Assembly: GCA_050613775.1 (NCBI GenBank)
Contig: JBODTK010000107.1
Location: forward strand, 186,001 to 250,000
DNA length: 64,000 bases
From: Neocallimastix sp. 'constans'
Taxonomy: Eukaryota
Direction: 5' to 3'
Notes under the pieces: model-generated
What the model saw: only the letters and a program-made list of their open reading frames with translations
Database searches by the model: none
What the model was told of the DNA's origin: nothing
Position numbers and translations under genes: made by a program
Part shown: in pieces, positions 30,735 through 46,421 of the stretch
Numbering within the stretch: the first letter of the stretch is position 1
Layout of the letters: every line of letters starts with the position of its first letter

Positions 30735-31256
30735 ATTTTAACATCTATAGAATATTATATATTAATGATAATTTTTTTTTTTTCAGGATACTAGTTACGA
30801 GATCTTGTATTTTCTTCCTATTTTTCTTTTATTTATTTATTTATTTATTTTTTTTTTTTTTTTTTATTTTTTTTTTTATCATTCCAATAAGTACCATTCA
30901 TCTTATTTATATAATATATATATATATTTTAATTAATTTTAATTCTTTATTTTTATTTTTATTTTTATTTTTATTTTTATTATCATAATACTTGTTGAAA
31001 GTGACTGTAATATTTATTAAGTATAAATTAAAGAAGATACATTGAAAATAATAGAAGAAGAAAAAAAAAAAAAAAAAAAAAAAAAAAAACATTTTTTTTT
31101 ATAATAATCTAAAATTTTAATAATATAATAAACTTTAATCTTTTTTGTATTTATATAAAAAAAAAAAAAAAATAAATAATTTCTAATTAATATTATATGT
31201 ATTTATAAACATTTTTAATATTTATAATTATATTGCATCTTCTATATAAGATCTTT

Positions 31257-33209
31257 CTAGTATTTCTCATTAGTATTACTGAAAGTTTTGAATGTATTTG
31301 CTGCATCTTCTTTAACAGTAGATTTAAATCCTGTATAATAAGTTTCTGTTGCATAATGATAGGATATTAACTTTGAAAATATAGTTGATTTTGAATCTGT
31401 CTTATTTGAACTAGCATTAGTGCTACTACTAGTAATATTAGCATCTGTATCATACTGAGTTGACTTCATACTTTGAGAAACAGACATACTATTTATAAAT
31501 TGATCATTAATATTTTTAATAAATTGAATTTTGGTATCTTTTTTATTGAAAAATGCAATAATTAATCTGTATCCATATATAAATATATAATTTGAACTTG
31601 CAAAGAGGATTATAATCACACTTTTAATAAGAAAATATGAAATATAATTCTTAATCATTACATTTTCAAAAATAATATATAATATAATGGATATTATATT
31701 GATATAAATGGTTGATACTACAAATCTAAGATCATATATTGTAGTATTAATATTCCATTCAACAAATATTAATAATAATATTAGAAACATGATTATTATT
31801 TTAGTAAGGACTAAAATGTATAATAATATATAATTAAATAAACTATTAATTTTGCATATTTGGAAATTGTGTCCTCTATTAATCATAATATCTTTAACTT
31901 GATATTTATTAATTAGCATCAAACCGTTAAGGGCTAAATCTACTATAATAAAGGATAAAATAAAAATATATTTTCTCTTTTTAACCCAAGAAGAGAAAAA
32001 ATTTGATTCTGGGAAATTAACTATTAACTTATATAATATGGGAATATAGATAAATGAAAATCCAAGAGAAAGTAATAATATTCCTAAATGACATTTTTCA
32101 ACGGTTACTTCTCCAATATAAGTCCTTATAATTAATAATATGGCAATGGATCCAAACACCGTTAAAATCCATAAATCATTAGATAAAAATTGGAAAAATG
32201 GATAATAATTTTCCATGAATGGAAATATCAACGATATAAACATTATTGAGGAGAGTACGATGACAATTATGAAAATAATTGAACCAACATTGGTTTCTCC
32301 AACATCTTTTGATATATTATAAATTTTTAATATATTTTTTACATTTTTTAGGGCTACATCAGGTTCCTCATCTTTATATAGGTATTCATAGATATAATTT
32401 TTGAATTTCATTGAATAATCTTCATAATTATAATTTCCAGTGGGTCTTCCAATAGGTTGAAGACTTTTAAAAAGAGCACAATCTGCTTCTTTACATACAT
32501 CCTCATCATCATATAAATTTAATATTCCAGGTAATGCTTCACGCATCATAAGAAATTTTTTTTGTATTTCCCTTGAGGTCATATATTTTAATGCTTCAAC
32601 GGCTTTTTCTATTTTATCTTGTTTTATATTATTCATAATACCTATATTAAATCCACTGATAACTGAACCCGAAACACCATCTACATTTCCCGGTAAAGGT
32701 GACAATTTATATGGAAATAGTTTCAATATAGGATCTGGAAAAATCATATACCTTATAAATAACGCTTGTCCATCAAATAATTTTGATATTGAGACAGAAT
32801 CATTAGACCTAAATTCTTCCTCTATATAACAAATATTATTAAATATTATTAATTTTTAATATTATAAATTTATACCTATAAAAAGAGCTTGAAAAAAAAA
32901 GTATATATATATATAAATATATTTATATAATATCATTAATTAAATTATACCTGAAGATATTGTATCTTTTATTTTTTTCATCATTTTTAATGCATTAATT
33001 GCTTCTTCACTTGTTAAATCAGGGAAAGGTGATTCTGGTGTTTTTCTAAATGAATAAATAAATTCATAAAGAGCACACATTGCTTGTTCACCATCTATAT
33101 ATTTAAATAATTATATATTTAATAATAATAATAATAATAATTATAATTATAATAATAATAATGAAAAAAAAATTAACATAGAGAAACAGAGATATAAAAA
33201 ATATTTAAT

Positions 33210-33245
<36 letters not shown>

Positions 33246-33728
33246 TTTTTTTTTAAACAAACCATTAAATAAGCCATTATATGCCATTAAATTTGTATTA
33301 TTTTCCCTTTCTAATATATAAATACTTGTGTCTATTAATTCATCCCATGTTTTTGGTATTCTTTTTTTATATTTATTCAACATATTTATATTTGAATATA
33401 AAAGCCCATACATTAATGTCATAGGCTAATTTAGTAAAAATAAATATATATATATTTCACATAATAAATAATAATAATTAAAAAAATAAAAAATAAATAA
33501 ATAAATAAATAAAACATTAATATATATAACATAATCAATAAAAATATAAATAATAATAAAAAAAATAAAATATCAATATATATATTTTAATTTCATAATT
33601 TACAATATATATATATATATACATAACAATTAATGAAAAAAAAAAAAATTAATAAAAAAAAATAATTAAAAAATATATCAATATATATATTATATATATA
33701 TATGTGTGTGTCTAAATTGATATTTAAT

Positions 33729-33768
<40 letters not shown>

Positions 33769-34372
33769 TATTATATATATTAATATTACCAGTCCAACAA
33801 TTCTATCTTTATAAATACATGATTCTGAAATAATCTTTGGATCGTACATTTCTATAAATTTAGGATCCAAATAATCTCTTAAATCGATAAGATAGTTTCC
33901 AATTAATGAAGTATATATATTATCATAGATATAAATATCATATTTAGTTTTATTTTTTAAAATCAAACTTTCTACTGTTGATTCATATGCTTTCATTGAT
34001 ACGGTCATATTTGAATTAGTTAAGAGATTTAAATTTATTTTAACATCTAGACTGTTTTCTTTAGCATAATTATTAAAATCTTCTATTAATCGGGTATATA
34101 TCTGATTTTCACTATCAAAATTATAAGCAAGTGCTCTCAATATAGTAGTGCATTTGACTTTTGAAATAATAAATAAATAAATTATAAAAAATGATGTAAT
34201 TTTTAAATAAAATAAAGTAAAACTATTAATATTTATTATTTAAAAAGGTAAGAAATAAAAAAAAAAAAAAAAAAAATATTAATATGAATATAAAACATGC
34301 TTATGTATAAAGATATATACCATTTGTTACACAGAGGCATATAAATAATAACAATATAATTAATAATCTCAT
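31257..34372 (-). CDS. Class C-like 7TM GPCR with an N-terminal extracellular solute-binding-protein (sugar SBP-like) domain; exons 34372-34321, 34157-33790, 33425-33263, 33094-32951, 32821-31257 (2292 nt, 763 aa)
   Basis: Signal peptide MRLLIILLLFICLCVTNV. SBP-like motifs KYDIYIYDNIY, LIDLRDYL, IVGLP...LLYSNINMLNKY...PKTWDELI and SGSVISGFNIGI...AVEALKYMTS. Seven hydrophobic segments follow, with extracellular Cys (EKCHLG, FQICK), then an S/T-rich tail. Five exons join in frame via GT..AG. Confidence 0.88.
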
Positions 34373-34698
34373 TTTAGATATATTATAACTTTAGCACAAG
34401 TATTTGTTAATGTTATAATTTTTTATATATTATTTAAATGGTTTCTTTTTATATATTTATCATATATATTAATAATATTTACGATTTTATATCAAAATAA
34501 AATATAAAAAAAAAAAAAAAAGGAAAAATAAAAAAAAAAAGGAAAAAAAAAAAAAAAAAAAGAAGGAAAAAAAAAATTAAAAAAAAAGAAGGAAAAAAAA
34601 AATTAAAAAAAAGAAGGGAAAAAAAAATGGAGAAAATTTTAAATTATATATATATTTAAAATTATACATAATAAAAAATAAATAAATAAATAAATAAA

Positions 34699-34730
<32 letters not shown>

Positions 34731-35134
34731 AAAGTGGAATATCATATTTTTTCAGAAAAAAAATTAATCATTAATTAACTAATAGTAAATTTTAAAATAA
34801 AGAATTAATCATTATATTTTATAAATATATTTAAGACTGTTAATTATAAAATATAATTTGTAATTACTAAACTTTCTACAAAATTAAATATATTATTATT
34901 ATTATAATTATTACTACTATTATTATTATTATTTTTATTTTTATTAATATTAATATATTATTATTATTATTATTTTTTTTTTATATTAAATAAAATTTAT
35001 CTTCAATTAGAGAGTATTTTTATATGGAAACTTTATTTATTTATATTATAAGATTTTTTAAAAATAACTTAAAATTTATTGTAATAATATTTTCTTATTT
35101 TCTTATTTTTGAAACGCCCAGATCAAGGATTGTA

Positions 35135-35182
<48 letters not shown>

Positions 35183-35986
35183 ATATTATCAATTATTTAT
35201 TTATTAACATTATTAGTTTTATTATTTCAGGGAGACCACATAAACTTAATTATGTCATTAAAACCATCAATCAATAGTTCTGATGATTCCATGACTAAAT
35301 AATTTACCAGACTATAACAATTATTTGAAAATCCTGAAGTTATACGTAGGAAAAAAAAAAAAAAAAAAAAAAAATTAAAACGCTTATACCGAAAATAATA
35401 AAATAAATATAATTACAGAAAATACAAATATTAATAATAAAATAAATGAGATTATTTGATGAATAAATTTAAATATATATTCATACATATTATTATTATT
35501 TTAAATTTTTAATTATTAGTAATTTATAATATATTTATAGTTTTAGATATATAGTAAAAAAAAAAGTTATTCATATATCTATTTTATTATAATATACCTA
35601 AGATATACAAAAAAATAATAGTAGAAATTTATTATTATCACCTATATTTCATTATATAATTAATTTAAAATAGAATAATCATTATAAAAAAAAATTAATA
35701 TTAAAATTAACAAATAATATTATATATATATATATATTTATATATATTTATTTAGATATTCTTATTCAACTTAAAAAACAATTTTATATTAATAATTTAA
35801 AATATTTTAATGAATAAAAAAGATAACTTTCTATAATATGAAAAACTTTATTATAATATAGAAACTTTTTTTTTTCCTTATCTTTCTTCATATCAAGAAT
35901 AATTGGGATGATTAATAAAAAAAACATTAAACAATATTATTATAGATTTTTATAATATTGATTATAATTTTTTAAAAAAATTAGAA

Positions 35987-36021
<35 letters not shown>

Positions 36022-37512
36022 TAATGAATAATTAAATTATTTTATTATTATTAATTTATTTTTAAAATTAAAAATATAAAAAACATATTGAATTATTTTT
36101 AGAATTATATATATATATATATTTTTTTTTAATATTTAAATGAATTATATTTTTTTTAAATGCTATAAAAAAATAAAAATAAAAATAAAAATAAAAAAAT
36201 ATTAATTTCAAATTATAAATATATAAAATTAAAAAGTATAAAATATGAAAAAGATAGATTTTAAAATGTTATAATAAATAACGTTTATAATATATATATA
36301 TATTTATATAATAATTGTTTAGATAATATTTTATATATACTATGTAGCATTGACAATACATATATAATTTTAGAATATACATACATATATATATGTATGT
36401 ACATATAAATGATAATATTGTAAATGATATATTCAATATATATTATTATGTCTGTTTTTATATACCCTTATTTTATCTGTGAATACCATGATACTAATAT
36501 ATTAATATGGATAAGAATATAATATATTCTTATCCATATTAATGTATCTATTCAAAGAAAATTAAATTTACTAAATTTATTTAGATTTATTGTCATAAAT
36601 TTCTATGTTTGAGTTATAAATTTGTATTTGATAATTGCTATGGATTCTCATGTTGTGATGATGTACATAATGTACATAACTTATATATATAATTTATATC
36701 CCCCAAAAAAATAGATTCCCAACCCATATTGAATAATAATTTATAAATGTTTATTTATAACAATGTATATTTATATATATAAACTTTTATTATCTATATA
36801 TTACTTTTAATGTATATAAAAAAAACATTAAAAAAGGGAAAAAAAAAACATTAAAAAGGGGAAAAATTTTTTATCTTTCTATTAATACAAAGTTTTAGTT
36901 AAATATATATATGTATATTAATTTATCTTTCCATCAATAAAAAAGAAAATTAAATAAAAAAAGCTGTTATTACATGATTATTACATGAACTTTTAACTCT
37001 AAAAAAAAAAAAAAAAAAAAGAAAAAAAAAAGAATAATAAATATATAATATTTCCTCTATTTTAAATTATTTGACAGGACAATTTTTATTAAAAATAAAA
37101 TTATAACTATATTAAAATATTTAAGTATATATCAAAATATTTGTCAATTATTAGTAAATATATATTAGTATAAATATATCAAAGAATGTTTGAATTTTAA
37201 GCAAAATAAAATAATTAAAGTTAATCAATGATTTACAAGTTATTTTAAATTATAAAAGGAATAATAATGTTTTTAAAATTATTAATTTTCAAATTAACAA
37301 AAAATATATATATATATATATTTTTTTTTTTTCAATTTACTTCTTTTTTTTTTTATATTTATTATATGTTCTTTTTTTTTTTTTTTTTCATTTATCTATA
37401 TATTTATCTATGTATATATTTATCTATCTATCTATATTTATTTAATTTTCATAATTATATAAATGATTTAATATGCAATACTTTTCCATACAAAAAAAAA
37501 AGAATGAAAAGA

Positions 37513-37559
<47 letters not shown>

Positions 37560-38061
37560 AAAAATAATTATAATATTAATACTTAAATTATTATTTATTA
37601 AAGTTTTTATTATTATTATTATTATTATATAAGTTATATTAGAAATTTATATTATTAATTATTTTATTATTAATATTATTTATTTATATATTTATATTTA
37701 TTTTATATAAATATTATATATATATATATATTTTTTTTAATAAATAAATATTGTATAAGTATTAGTATTATATAAATTATTATATAAATTATTATTTTGA
37801 TTTTTTTTTTTTTTCATTTATTTATATACATTTACTTTATATATATATATATTAACTTTTTTTTTTTTTTTCTGTTTTTAATTTTTAAATAACAAATAAA
37901 TAAATATTGTAGAGTAGTAATTATTATATTATTATTATTATTATTTTTTTTTTTTTTTATTTTTGTATTTTTATCCCTTTTCTTCTTTAACATTAATAGA
38001 ATGATTTAATTATTAGATTTCAATTGCTTTCTTTTATTTTTTTTTTATTAAATTATAATAA

Positions 38062-38062
38062 A

Positions 38063-38137
<75 letters not shown>

Positions 38138-38257
38138 TAATAATAATAATAATAAATAATAATAATAATAATAATAAATAATAATAATATATAATAAACA
38201 ATAATAATAATAATAAATAATAAATAATAATAAATAATAATAGTAATAATAGTAATA
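38062..38257. repeat. Interrupted (AAT)n microsatellite
   Basis: Seen directly in the sequence. Confidence 0.9.
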
Positions 38258-38786
38258 AATTTTTTTAATTACTTTAAAATTTCTTTTTTCTTTTTTGTAT
38301 AGAAATCAAAAATCTTATATCTTATTAATTATGAATAATATTAATATAAAAAGTTATTATATCAAAAATAAGATAATTTTTATCATAGAAAACTTATAAT
38401 TTTTCATTTCTTTTTTAAATGTTTTATACATATATATATCATAACAGTTTGTAATTGAATAAATTTTTTTTTTTTTTTTTTTTTAATGAAATCAATAAAG
38501 AAAAAAAGGAAAAAAATTTATTCAAATTAAGGTAAATAAAATAAAAAAATTTTTTTCATCTGTGTCACATTACACAATAAATGAAATCTTTTTTAATTTT
38601 ACTATAATAGGAATTTTTTTTAATTTTTTTTTATTTTTTTTTTTTGTTTCATTAAAATTTATAAAAAATTTGAAATGATGTTAAAAAAAAATTATTTTTT
38701 ATATATTTTTGATTGTAAATAAAATTTATAGATTAAAATATATATTAAACTTTATTAATTATTATTTTTTATATAATATGATACAT

Positions 38787-38824
<38 letters not shown>

Positions 38825-39635
38825 AATATAAAAATAAAAATTAATACATCAAAATATATAACAAATTATATATGAATATAATATATCTATTAAATATACT
38901 AAATGAAGTAAAAATTTTTGACAGAATGATTAGATGATTAGGACAAAAAAAGTTAAAAATATTATATCAGATTTTTAATTATAAAATCTATTATTACCAT
39001 ATAAAATTAGTATATTAAAGTATTAGAATATCATTGTCTGAGTATTTTAAAATAATTATAAAAAATAAAAAAAAAAATTAAATAAATATCACATTTAATA
39101 TTATTTAAATCACTTTAATAATTATAAAAATTATACAATTATATAAATATACAATAAAAAAAAAAAATAGAGTCTAATTTTACCTAATAATATTAATTAT
39201 TTTTTATAAATTATTTATTGAAATCATTATTTATTGATATTGTGAAATTACCTAACTAAATTAATACCTCAATTAATTTTAAGAACATTATTTGAATGAA
39301 TTCTTTTTTTTTTTTTTTTGAAATATCTTATAATAAGATTTAATAATAATATTGAAGATAAGAATAAAACATCATTTATTTTTTAGTAAAAAAATAAAAT
39401 TTATAAAAAGTATAGGGTACGTTTTTTTTTTTTTTTTAATTTATATTATCTGCTTTATAGTTTTATTTAAATTATATAAATTAAAAAGGATACTTAAGAT
39501 AGTTTATTAAACTCAATATTTCATAATATTATATAGATATACAATTTTTTTAATTAAATAAATAATTGGTTAGTGTAATAATTAAAAAAAGCTTTTTTTA
39601 TTTTATTTGATTTAGTATTTTTTTATTTTTTTTAT

Positions 39636-39910
39636 TTTTTTTTTTTTTTTCAGTGTAGTGAAATTTCTTTCTAACTTTTATCCTTGTGGTTCTTACTCGG
39701 AACTAACATACATATGATTTTTGGATCGGACCTGTGACTTCCTCATTAATTTGTATAGGGTGATTTTTCATTCTATCTAGGGTATGTTTTCCCTATAAAT
39801 GAGTTTGGGGTTCCCTCGCTATAGTAATTAGTTCTGTTGCTAGATTATATAATTACTAGTGCAGAGAGCACCTAACATTCGAGAGGATTAGTGTATTTGT
39901 TCTATTATAA
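39636..39910 (-). mobile_element. Poly(A)-tailed retroposon-like 3' fragment, same family as 19781-20040
   Basis: GC-enriched ~255-bp island bounded on the left by a poly(T) run (minus-strand A tail: ...ttcactacactg(A)n). Colinear similarity to 19.8-20.0 kb. Confidence 0.6.
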
Positions 39911-40076
39911 TTAAATTTCTTTGATAATTGAAAAAAAAATCTTTTATATATTAATAATAATAATGAATAATTAAATAAATTTATATATAATATTATGATC
40001 AGATTAAAATATTAAAAATGAATTATTATAGTTAGAAATTTTAATTCAAAGGTTCAAAGGTTCAAAAGAACTAATA

Positions 40077-40077
<1 letters not shown>

Positions 40078-40119
<42 letters not shown>

Positions 40120-40184
40120 ATTAATAAATAAATAAATAAATAAATAAATAAATTAATAAATAAATAAATAAATAAATAAATTAA

Positions 40185-40219
<35 letters not shown>

Positions 40220-40220
40220 A
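40078..40220. repeat. (TAAA)n tetranucleotide microsatellite
   Basis: Seen directly in the sequence. Confidence 0.9.
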
Positions 40221-43200
40221 AAATGAATTTATTGTGAAGTTTGGAAAAAAATAATTAAATAAAACAAATTAATTATAAATTTTAAATAAGAAATAAATAA
40301 ATAAATAAATAAATAAATTCAACGAATTAATTATGAATGTTAAATAAAAAATAAATAAATAAATAAATATAACAAATTAATTATGAATGTTAAATAATTG
40401 TAACTTATCAACTTAACGGATGGTAATAAAGAAATATTTTTTAAAAAAATCTTTTTAATTTTTTTTTATTTTTATTTTGCGGTATGTAAAAAAATGATTT
40501 GACCGTTTCAAAAATTTTTATTTAATTTTAAATTTTTTTTTTTTTTTGTAATTGAATCAATTAATTTTATTTAAATTTAAATTTATTTATTTATATATTT
40601 TTAATTAATTAAATCTAATAAATTTATTAATTTTAATTATCCATGAAATCATGGATAATTAAAATATTAAAAAAAATTTAACTTTTTTTATTCTATTTAT
40701 TATTCTATAATATATAATATATAATATATATTATTTATTATTTATTATTTATTATATATTTTATATTTATATTTATTTTTATTTTTACAGTATGAAAAAA
40801 AAATAAAAAAAAAAAAAAAAAAAGAATTTAAAAAATAAGCACTATAATTCTTCATATTAATAGAATATTGTTTTTTATTTAAATCCATTTTTTAATTAAT
40901 AACTTAAAAAATGATTAATTTAATCAATATTATTAAATTATTTGTTCATAATTAGAACGTATGGATTCCTTTTTTTTTTTTTTTATTTTAATTAAAATCG
41001 GTAATAATAGTAATAATCTAATAATAGTAAAAATCTAATAATAATAATAATAATATAATAAAAACAATGTTAACAATAATAACAAAATAATAATTTTATA
41101 ATAAAATGATTATAATATCAATAAAAATAATTAATAATAAAAAATGATATATTTATTATAAATAATAATATTAAAAAATAATAAAAACAATATAAAAATA
41201 ACAATATATAATAATAATAATTAATAACAATATATAATAATAATTAATAATAATAATTAATAATAATAATTAATAATAATAATAATAATAAATAATAAAT
41301 AATATATAATAATAATAAATAGTAATAATAAATAATAATAATAATAATAAATAATAATAATAATAAATAATATTATAAAAAATAAAACTAACAATAATAA
41401 TAAATATTCATTTAAATAATTATATATATTTTTTATTTTTTATATTTATGATTATTATATACTTTTTTTTTATAAATTTTTATTATTTAAAAAAAAGTAA
41501 ATATATATTATAAATTAATGAAATTAAAAATAAAATGGAAATATATATTTCTTTATAATTGATCATTCTTTTTTAATATAAATTAATAGGAAAATATAAA
41601 AAGTAGAATAAAAAATATATATTTTGTAATGTATTAAAATTAATAATAATATAATTAATAAATAATTGATCATTCATTTTTAATATAAATTAAAAGGATA
41701 ATATAATTTTTATTTTCAAATAAAAAAGTAAAAAAAAATATATATAATATATATATATATATAGAAATTATTTTAAAATGAATAAAAATTAATAATTATA
41801 AATAATAAAGAAGTTTATATAAATGTATATATTTTTTATTCATAATCAATAGACAAGTTTAAATATATATATATAATATTTATAAATTAAAATAATTAAT
41901 ATCTTTTATTTAATGTTACAATTAAAATGTAAAAGTTTAATATCGAACGATCTATAGATAGATTTTAGTAAATAACTATAATAATAATAACAATTAATAA
42001 TAATAAATAATGATAATAATAATTCATAATAATAATAAATAATAATAAATAATAATAATAATTAATAATTAATAATAAATAATAATAAATAATAATAATA
42101 ATTAATAATTAATAATAAATAATAATAAATAATAATAATAATTAATAATTAATAATAAATAATAATAATAAATAATAATGTTAAATATTATTAAAAGGTA
42201 ATTTTTATTTTATTTTTTAATATATCTATTTTTAAAATTAATAAATTTTAATCATCAATATAAATATTAAATAAAGCTATAACTATATGTTTTTTTATTT
42301 TCATAAAATAAAAATTTATATTTAGTAATTATATAAATATTTAAATAAGATTCTATTGTTTAAGAAATAAGGTAATATAAAAGTCCTTAAATATTATACT
42401 GATATAAAATAAGGACTTTTCAGTTAAATTATAATACTATAATATTAGTGCCTTTTAATTGAATTATAATACTATAATACCAAGAATTTTTAATTGATTT
42501 AATAAAAAAATAATTACCGGTCATTCAATAATATTATGATAAATTTTAAATGGATGATATAATAATAATAATATAAATAATAATGATAATAAAAATAATA
42601 AAAATAATAATAAAAATAATAAATATAATAATAATAGAAATTATAATAATAATAATAATAAAAAGGAAAATCTAAAGTGATTTATTATTAATTATTATTA
42701 AATATTAATTATGATTATCATTTATTGATTTTATTATTTATTATTATAAGCATTATACTGATTTTTTTTTATTATTATTATTATTATTAATTAATTAGTT
42801 ATTAATGACTTTGGATTAATATAATCAATTTTTACTATGATCTATTATAAAAATATATAAATATAAATCTTCATATATTATTTTTATTATATATATATAT
42901 TTTTTATCAATTCATTTTATTTATTTTATAGTACATTATTATTATTATTATTTTTTTTTTTATTTTATTGGCTTAATTAACATTTAAAAAATAAAAATTT
43001 TTGTTAAATTTTTTTTATATTTATATATTTTTTTATATTTTTTTATATTTTTTTTTTATATTTTATTTTATCTTTTTATTCTATTTCTATTTTTTAATTT
43101 TTATTTATTATTATTATTGTTTTTTTTTTTTTTTAAAACAATTTAACCGTTGATGTTTAATAACAAAATATATTCAATTCAAAAATATATTGATTAAATT

Positions 43201-46200
43201 ATTCATATATTAAAATATGAGAACGGTTAATATTATTCATATATTATTATGCTATTAATATAGTATTACATATTATATACTACATATTATATATTTTATT
43301 ATTACTTCATAAAAATATTTAATATTTAAAATAAATGAATATATAAATAAATAACTAAAAGAGGAAACAATTAAATTTATTAATTAATTTTATACCTTTT
43401 GATTAAAATATAGTATTTATTTATTTATAATATTTAATATAATATATAATTTAATATATAATAAATATAGAATTTGAATTTCTCCATGTTACACAGGCTT
43501 TGTACATCAAAAATAGAATTAGAAAAAAATTTAAACCAAAAAAATTTTTTGAAAAAAAATAAAAAATTAAAAAAAAAAATTATTATAAAAAAGGAATATT
43601 GAAATTAAGATTAGAAATGTAATTGAAGTAATAAACTTTATTAAATAATAAAAATATTAATATATTTAATTCTATTATATTAAATTGAAAGAATACTTTT
43701 TTTATTAAATTATAATATAATTAATTAGTTAATTAATTAATTATCGGTTTTTTTAATTTATATTTTAATTTATTTTTATTTAAAATAAAAAATTTTTTTA
43801 AATTTTTTCCAAACTTTTAACTTTATTTTATTTTATTTTTTATATTTTTAATATGTTCCATTTTATCTGAATATTGATATATTTTTTTTTATATTTATTA
43901 TATTTATTAGTTTATATTAAATAGATATTGTAAAAATAATTATCTAATTAAAAAATAATATTTCTTTGAATATATTTATTAAATTAACAAAACCATTTTT
44001 ATTCTTTAACAGTAAAAAAGTACATAAATATATAAATGAAAAAATTACATCTAAGATAAAATAAATAACAATAATAAAATTAAATAATAAAATTTAATTA
44101 GATAATAATAAAATAATTAAATAATAATAAAATATAATTAAGCAATTATTTATATATGCATTTATCTATAACAATAATAGTACTTTACATATATTTTTTT
44201 TATTTTTATTTTTTAAATTTAATTATCAAAATAAAAATTTTTATATTAATAGTATACTTATAATATATTTATATATATTATTATTTTATTTGCTATATTA
44301 GAATTAAATATATTTTTAAATATATTTATATTAATTAATTCTAATCTAATATTAATTAATATTAATTTAATAATGAATAATTAATTATTAATAATTATTT
44401 TTTTTTTATTTTTTTTATTTAATTTTTTTTATGGTATAAAAGTTTATAACATATATTATATATTTAATATATAAGGATATAAATATTTATACGTATATAC
44501 ATATATATTTATTTATATTATTTTTATATATTTATATTATTTTTTATTATTTTTTATTATTTTAATTTTTTTTTAACATTTTCTATATTTTTAGTTATAT
44601 TTTTAAATTTTATATTTAAACTCGTTATTTCTCCATTAATTTAAGCTTTTTATTGTTTTTTTTTTTTTTCACCTATTATTATTTAAAAGTTTTTTAAAAA
44701 AATAATATTTATTCTTTTAATTTTAATTATTCATATCTAATTTTTTTGATGTGTTTATTTATTTATTTATTTATTTATTTAAATATCTCATAAGTATCTA
44801 AGTATCTAATACCTAATACATAATTTATATCTTATTATTTATTAAACCTTTTTTTTTTCTCAATAATAAAAGAAAAACAATTATAAATATTATTTAAAAA
44901 TATTTATAATTGATTTGTTAGAAGAAAAAAAAAAAGTTCTTATAGAAGTAATAGTGTAATATAATATATATTTATTGCAAATTTGTATTTCATAATTTGA
45001 TAGAAATTCTTATAAATATACCTTTATTAAATTAAGAAATCTTAAAAAAATATATATATATTTATAATTACTTTATGATAATTAATACATTTATCAAAAT
45101 CATAGAATAATATCTGTTTAAAAGTATAGGATATCCAATATTACAAAAAGAATTTTATATTATTATTATTATTTTTTTTTAATATAGATATAAAGCTAAA
45201 AAATTTTTTTTAAAGAAAAAATAATAATAATAATAAAAAAAAAAAAAAAAAACAAATATTTAATTCAGAAATTTTAAGAATTAAGTATTACCGGGGTGTT
45301 TTTTTTTTTTAAAAGAAAGAAGAAAAGAAATTTTTATAAAAAAGTATTTTTTTTTTATAATTAACAAAAAAAAAAAAAAAAAGAAAAAAGAAAAAATAAA
45401 AATAATAATTAGAATTACAATAATTATTAAATAATTTATTATTCTTATTATTATAAGGAATGAATTTTTTTTTTTTTTTAAATATATTTATATTTATTAT
45501 AATAGATTCTTTATTAAATTATTAGTTTAATAAAGAATAGTTGTATATAATATAATTTATAAATAAAATTATAAAAAATAATAATAATAATAAGGAATAT
45601 TATAGAATTTCTATTCTTTTCTTTTTATCATAAGGAAAAAAAGAAAAATATTATTATAATATTGTAAATCACAATAATAATACTTTAAAAAAATAATAAT
45701 TATTATTTATATTTTAGATAAAAATAATAATTTGTAAAATAAAATTAATATTTTATAGATAAAATAAAAAAAAAAAAAATAAAAAACAAAATAATAAATA
45801 AAAAAAAAAAATAATATTAAATAATATTTTATAGAAATAAAATAAAACAGAATAAAAGAGCATAAAACAAAATAACTAAATAATAAATAAAATAATATAA
45901 TATAATAAAATAAAAAGAATTGTAAACTATTATTATATATAAGATAATTAAGAATATAATTATTACATATATAATATAAAAAACCAATTCAAGAAAAAAA
46001 AAAAAAAAACTTATTTGGATATATATTATTTATAATTTTTATATGAATAATAAATATTATAAATAAAAACAGATAACAGAAAATATATATATATATAATT
46101 TAACATAAAATAATCATAAATATTATCAATAAAAAATAAAACAAATAATAAAAACAAAAATAATAATAAAATTATCAAGCAAATATATTATTTTAAATAA

Positions 46201-46421
46201 TAATAAAAAAAAAAAAATAAATAAAATTATCAAATATATTATTTTAAATAATAAAAAATATAAATAAATAAATAATATAAATAAATTTCAATAAAAATAA
46301 GTATCTATAAAAAATCATACTTATATATAACTTTTTAACATAATAAAATTATATATATATATATTTAAAAAATAAAATAAAATAAAATATCAATAAATAT
46401 AAAAAAAAAAAAAAAAAAAGT

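Noticed and set aside
35100..35350. Possible Tc1/mariner transposase relic (SGRPHKL-like peptide) or a 40-codon minus-strand ORF
   Set aside because: Only a few residues of resemblance, with multiple stops and no TIRs.
34400..46400. Centromere or hidden multi-exon gene in the 12-kb AT-rich gap
   Set aside because: No coding-like exons could be chained, and the equally long gap at 11.1-23.2 kb shows such regions are not exceptional here; nothing positively indicates a centromere.
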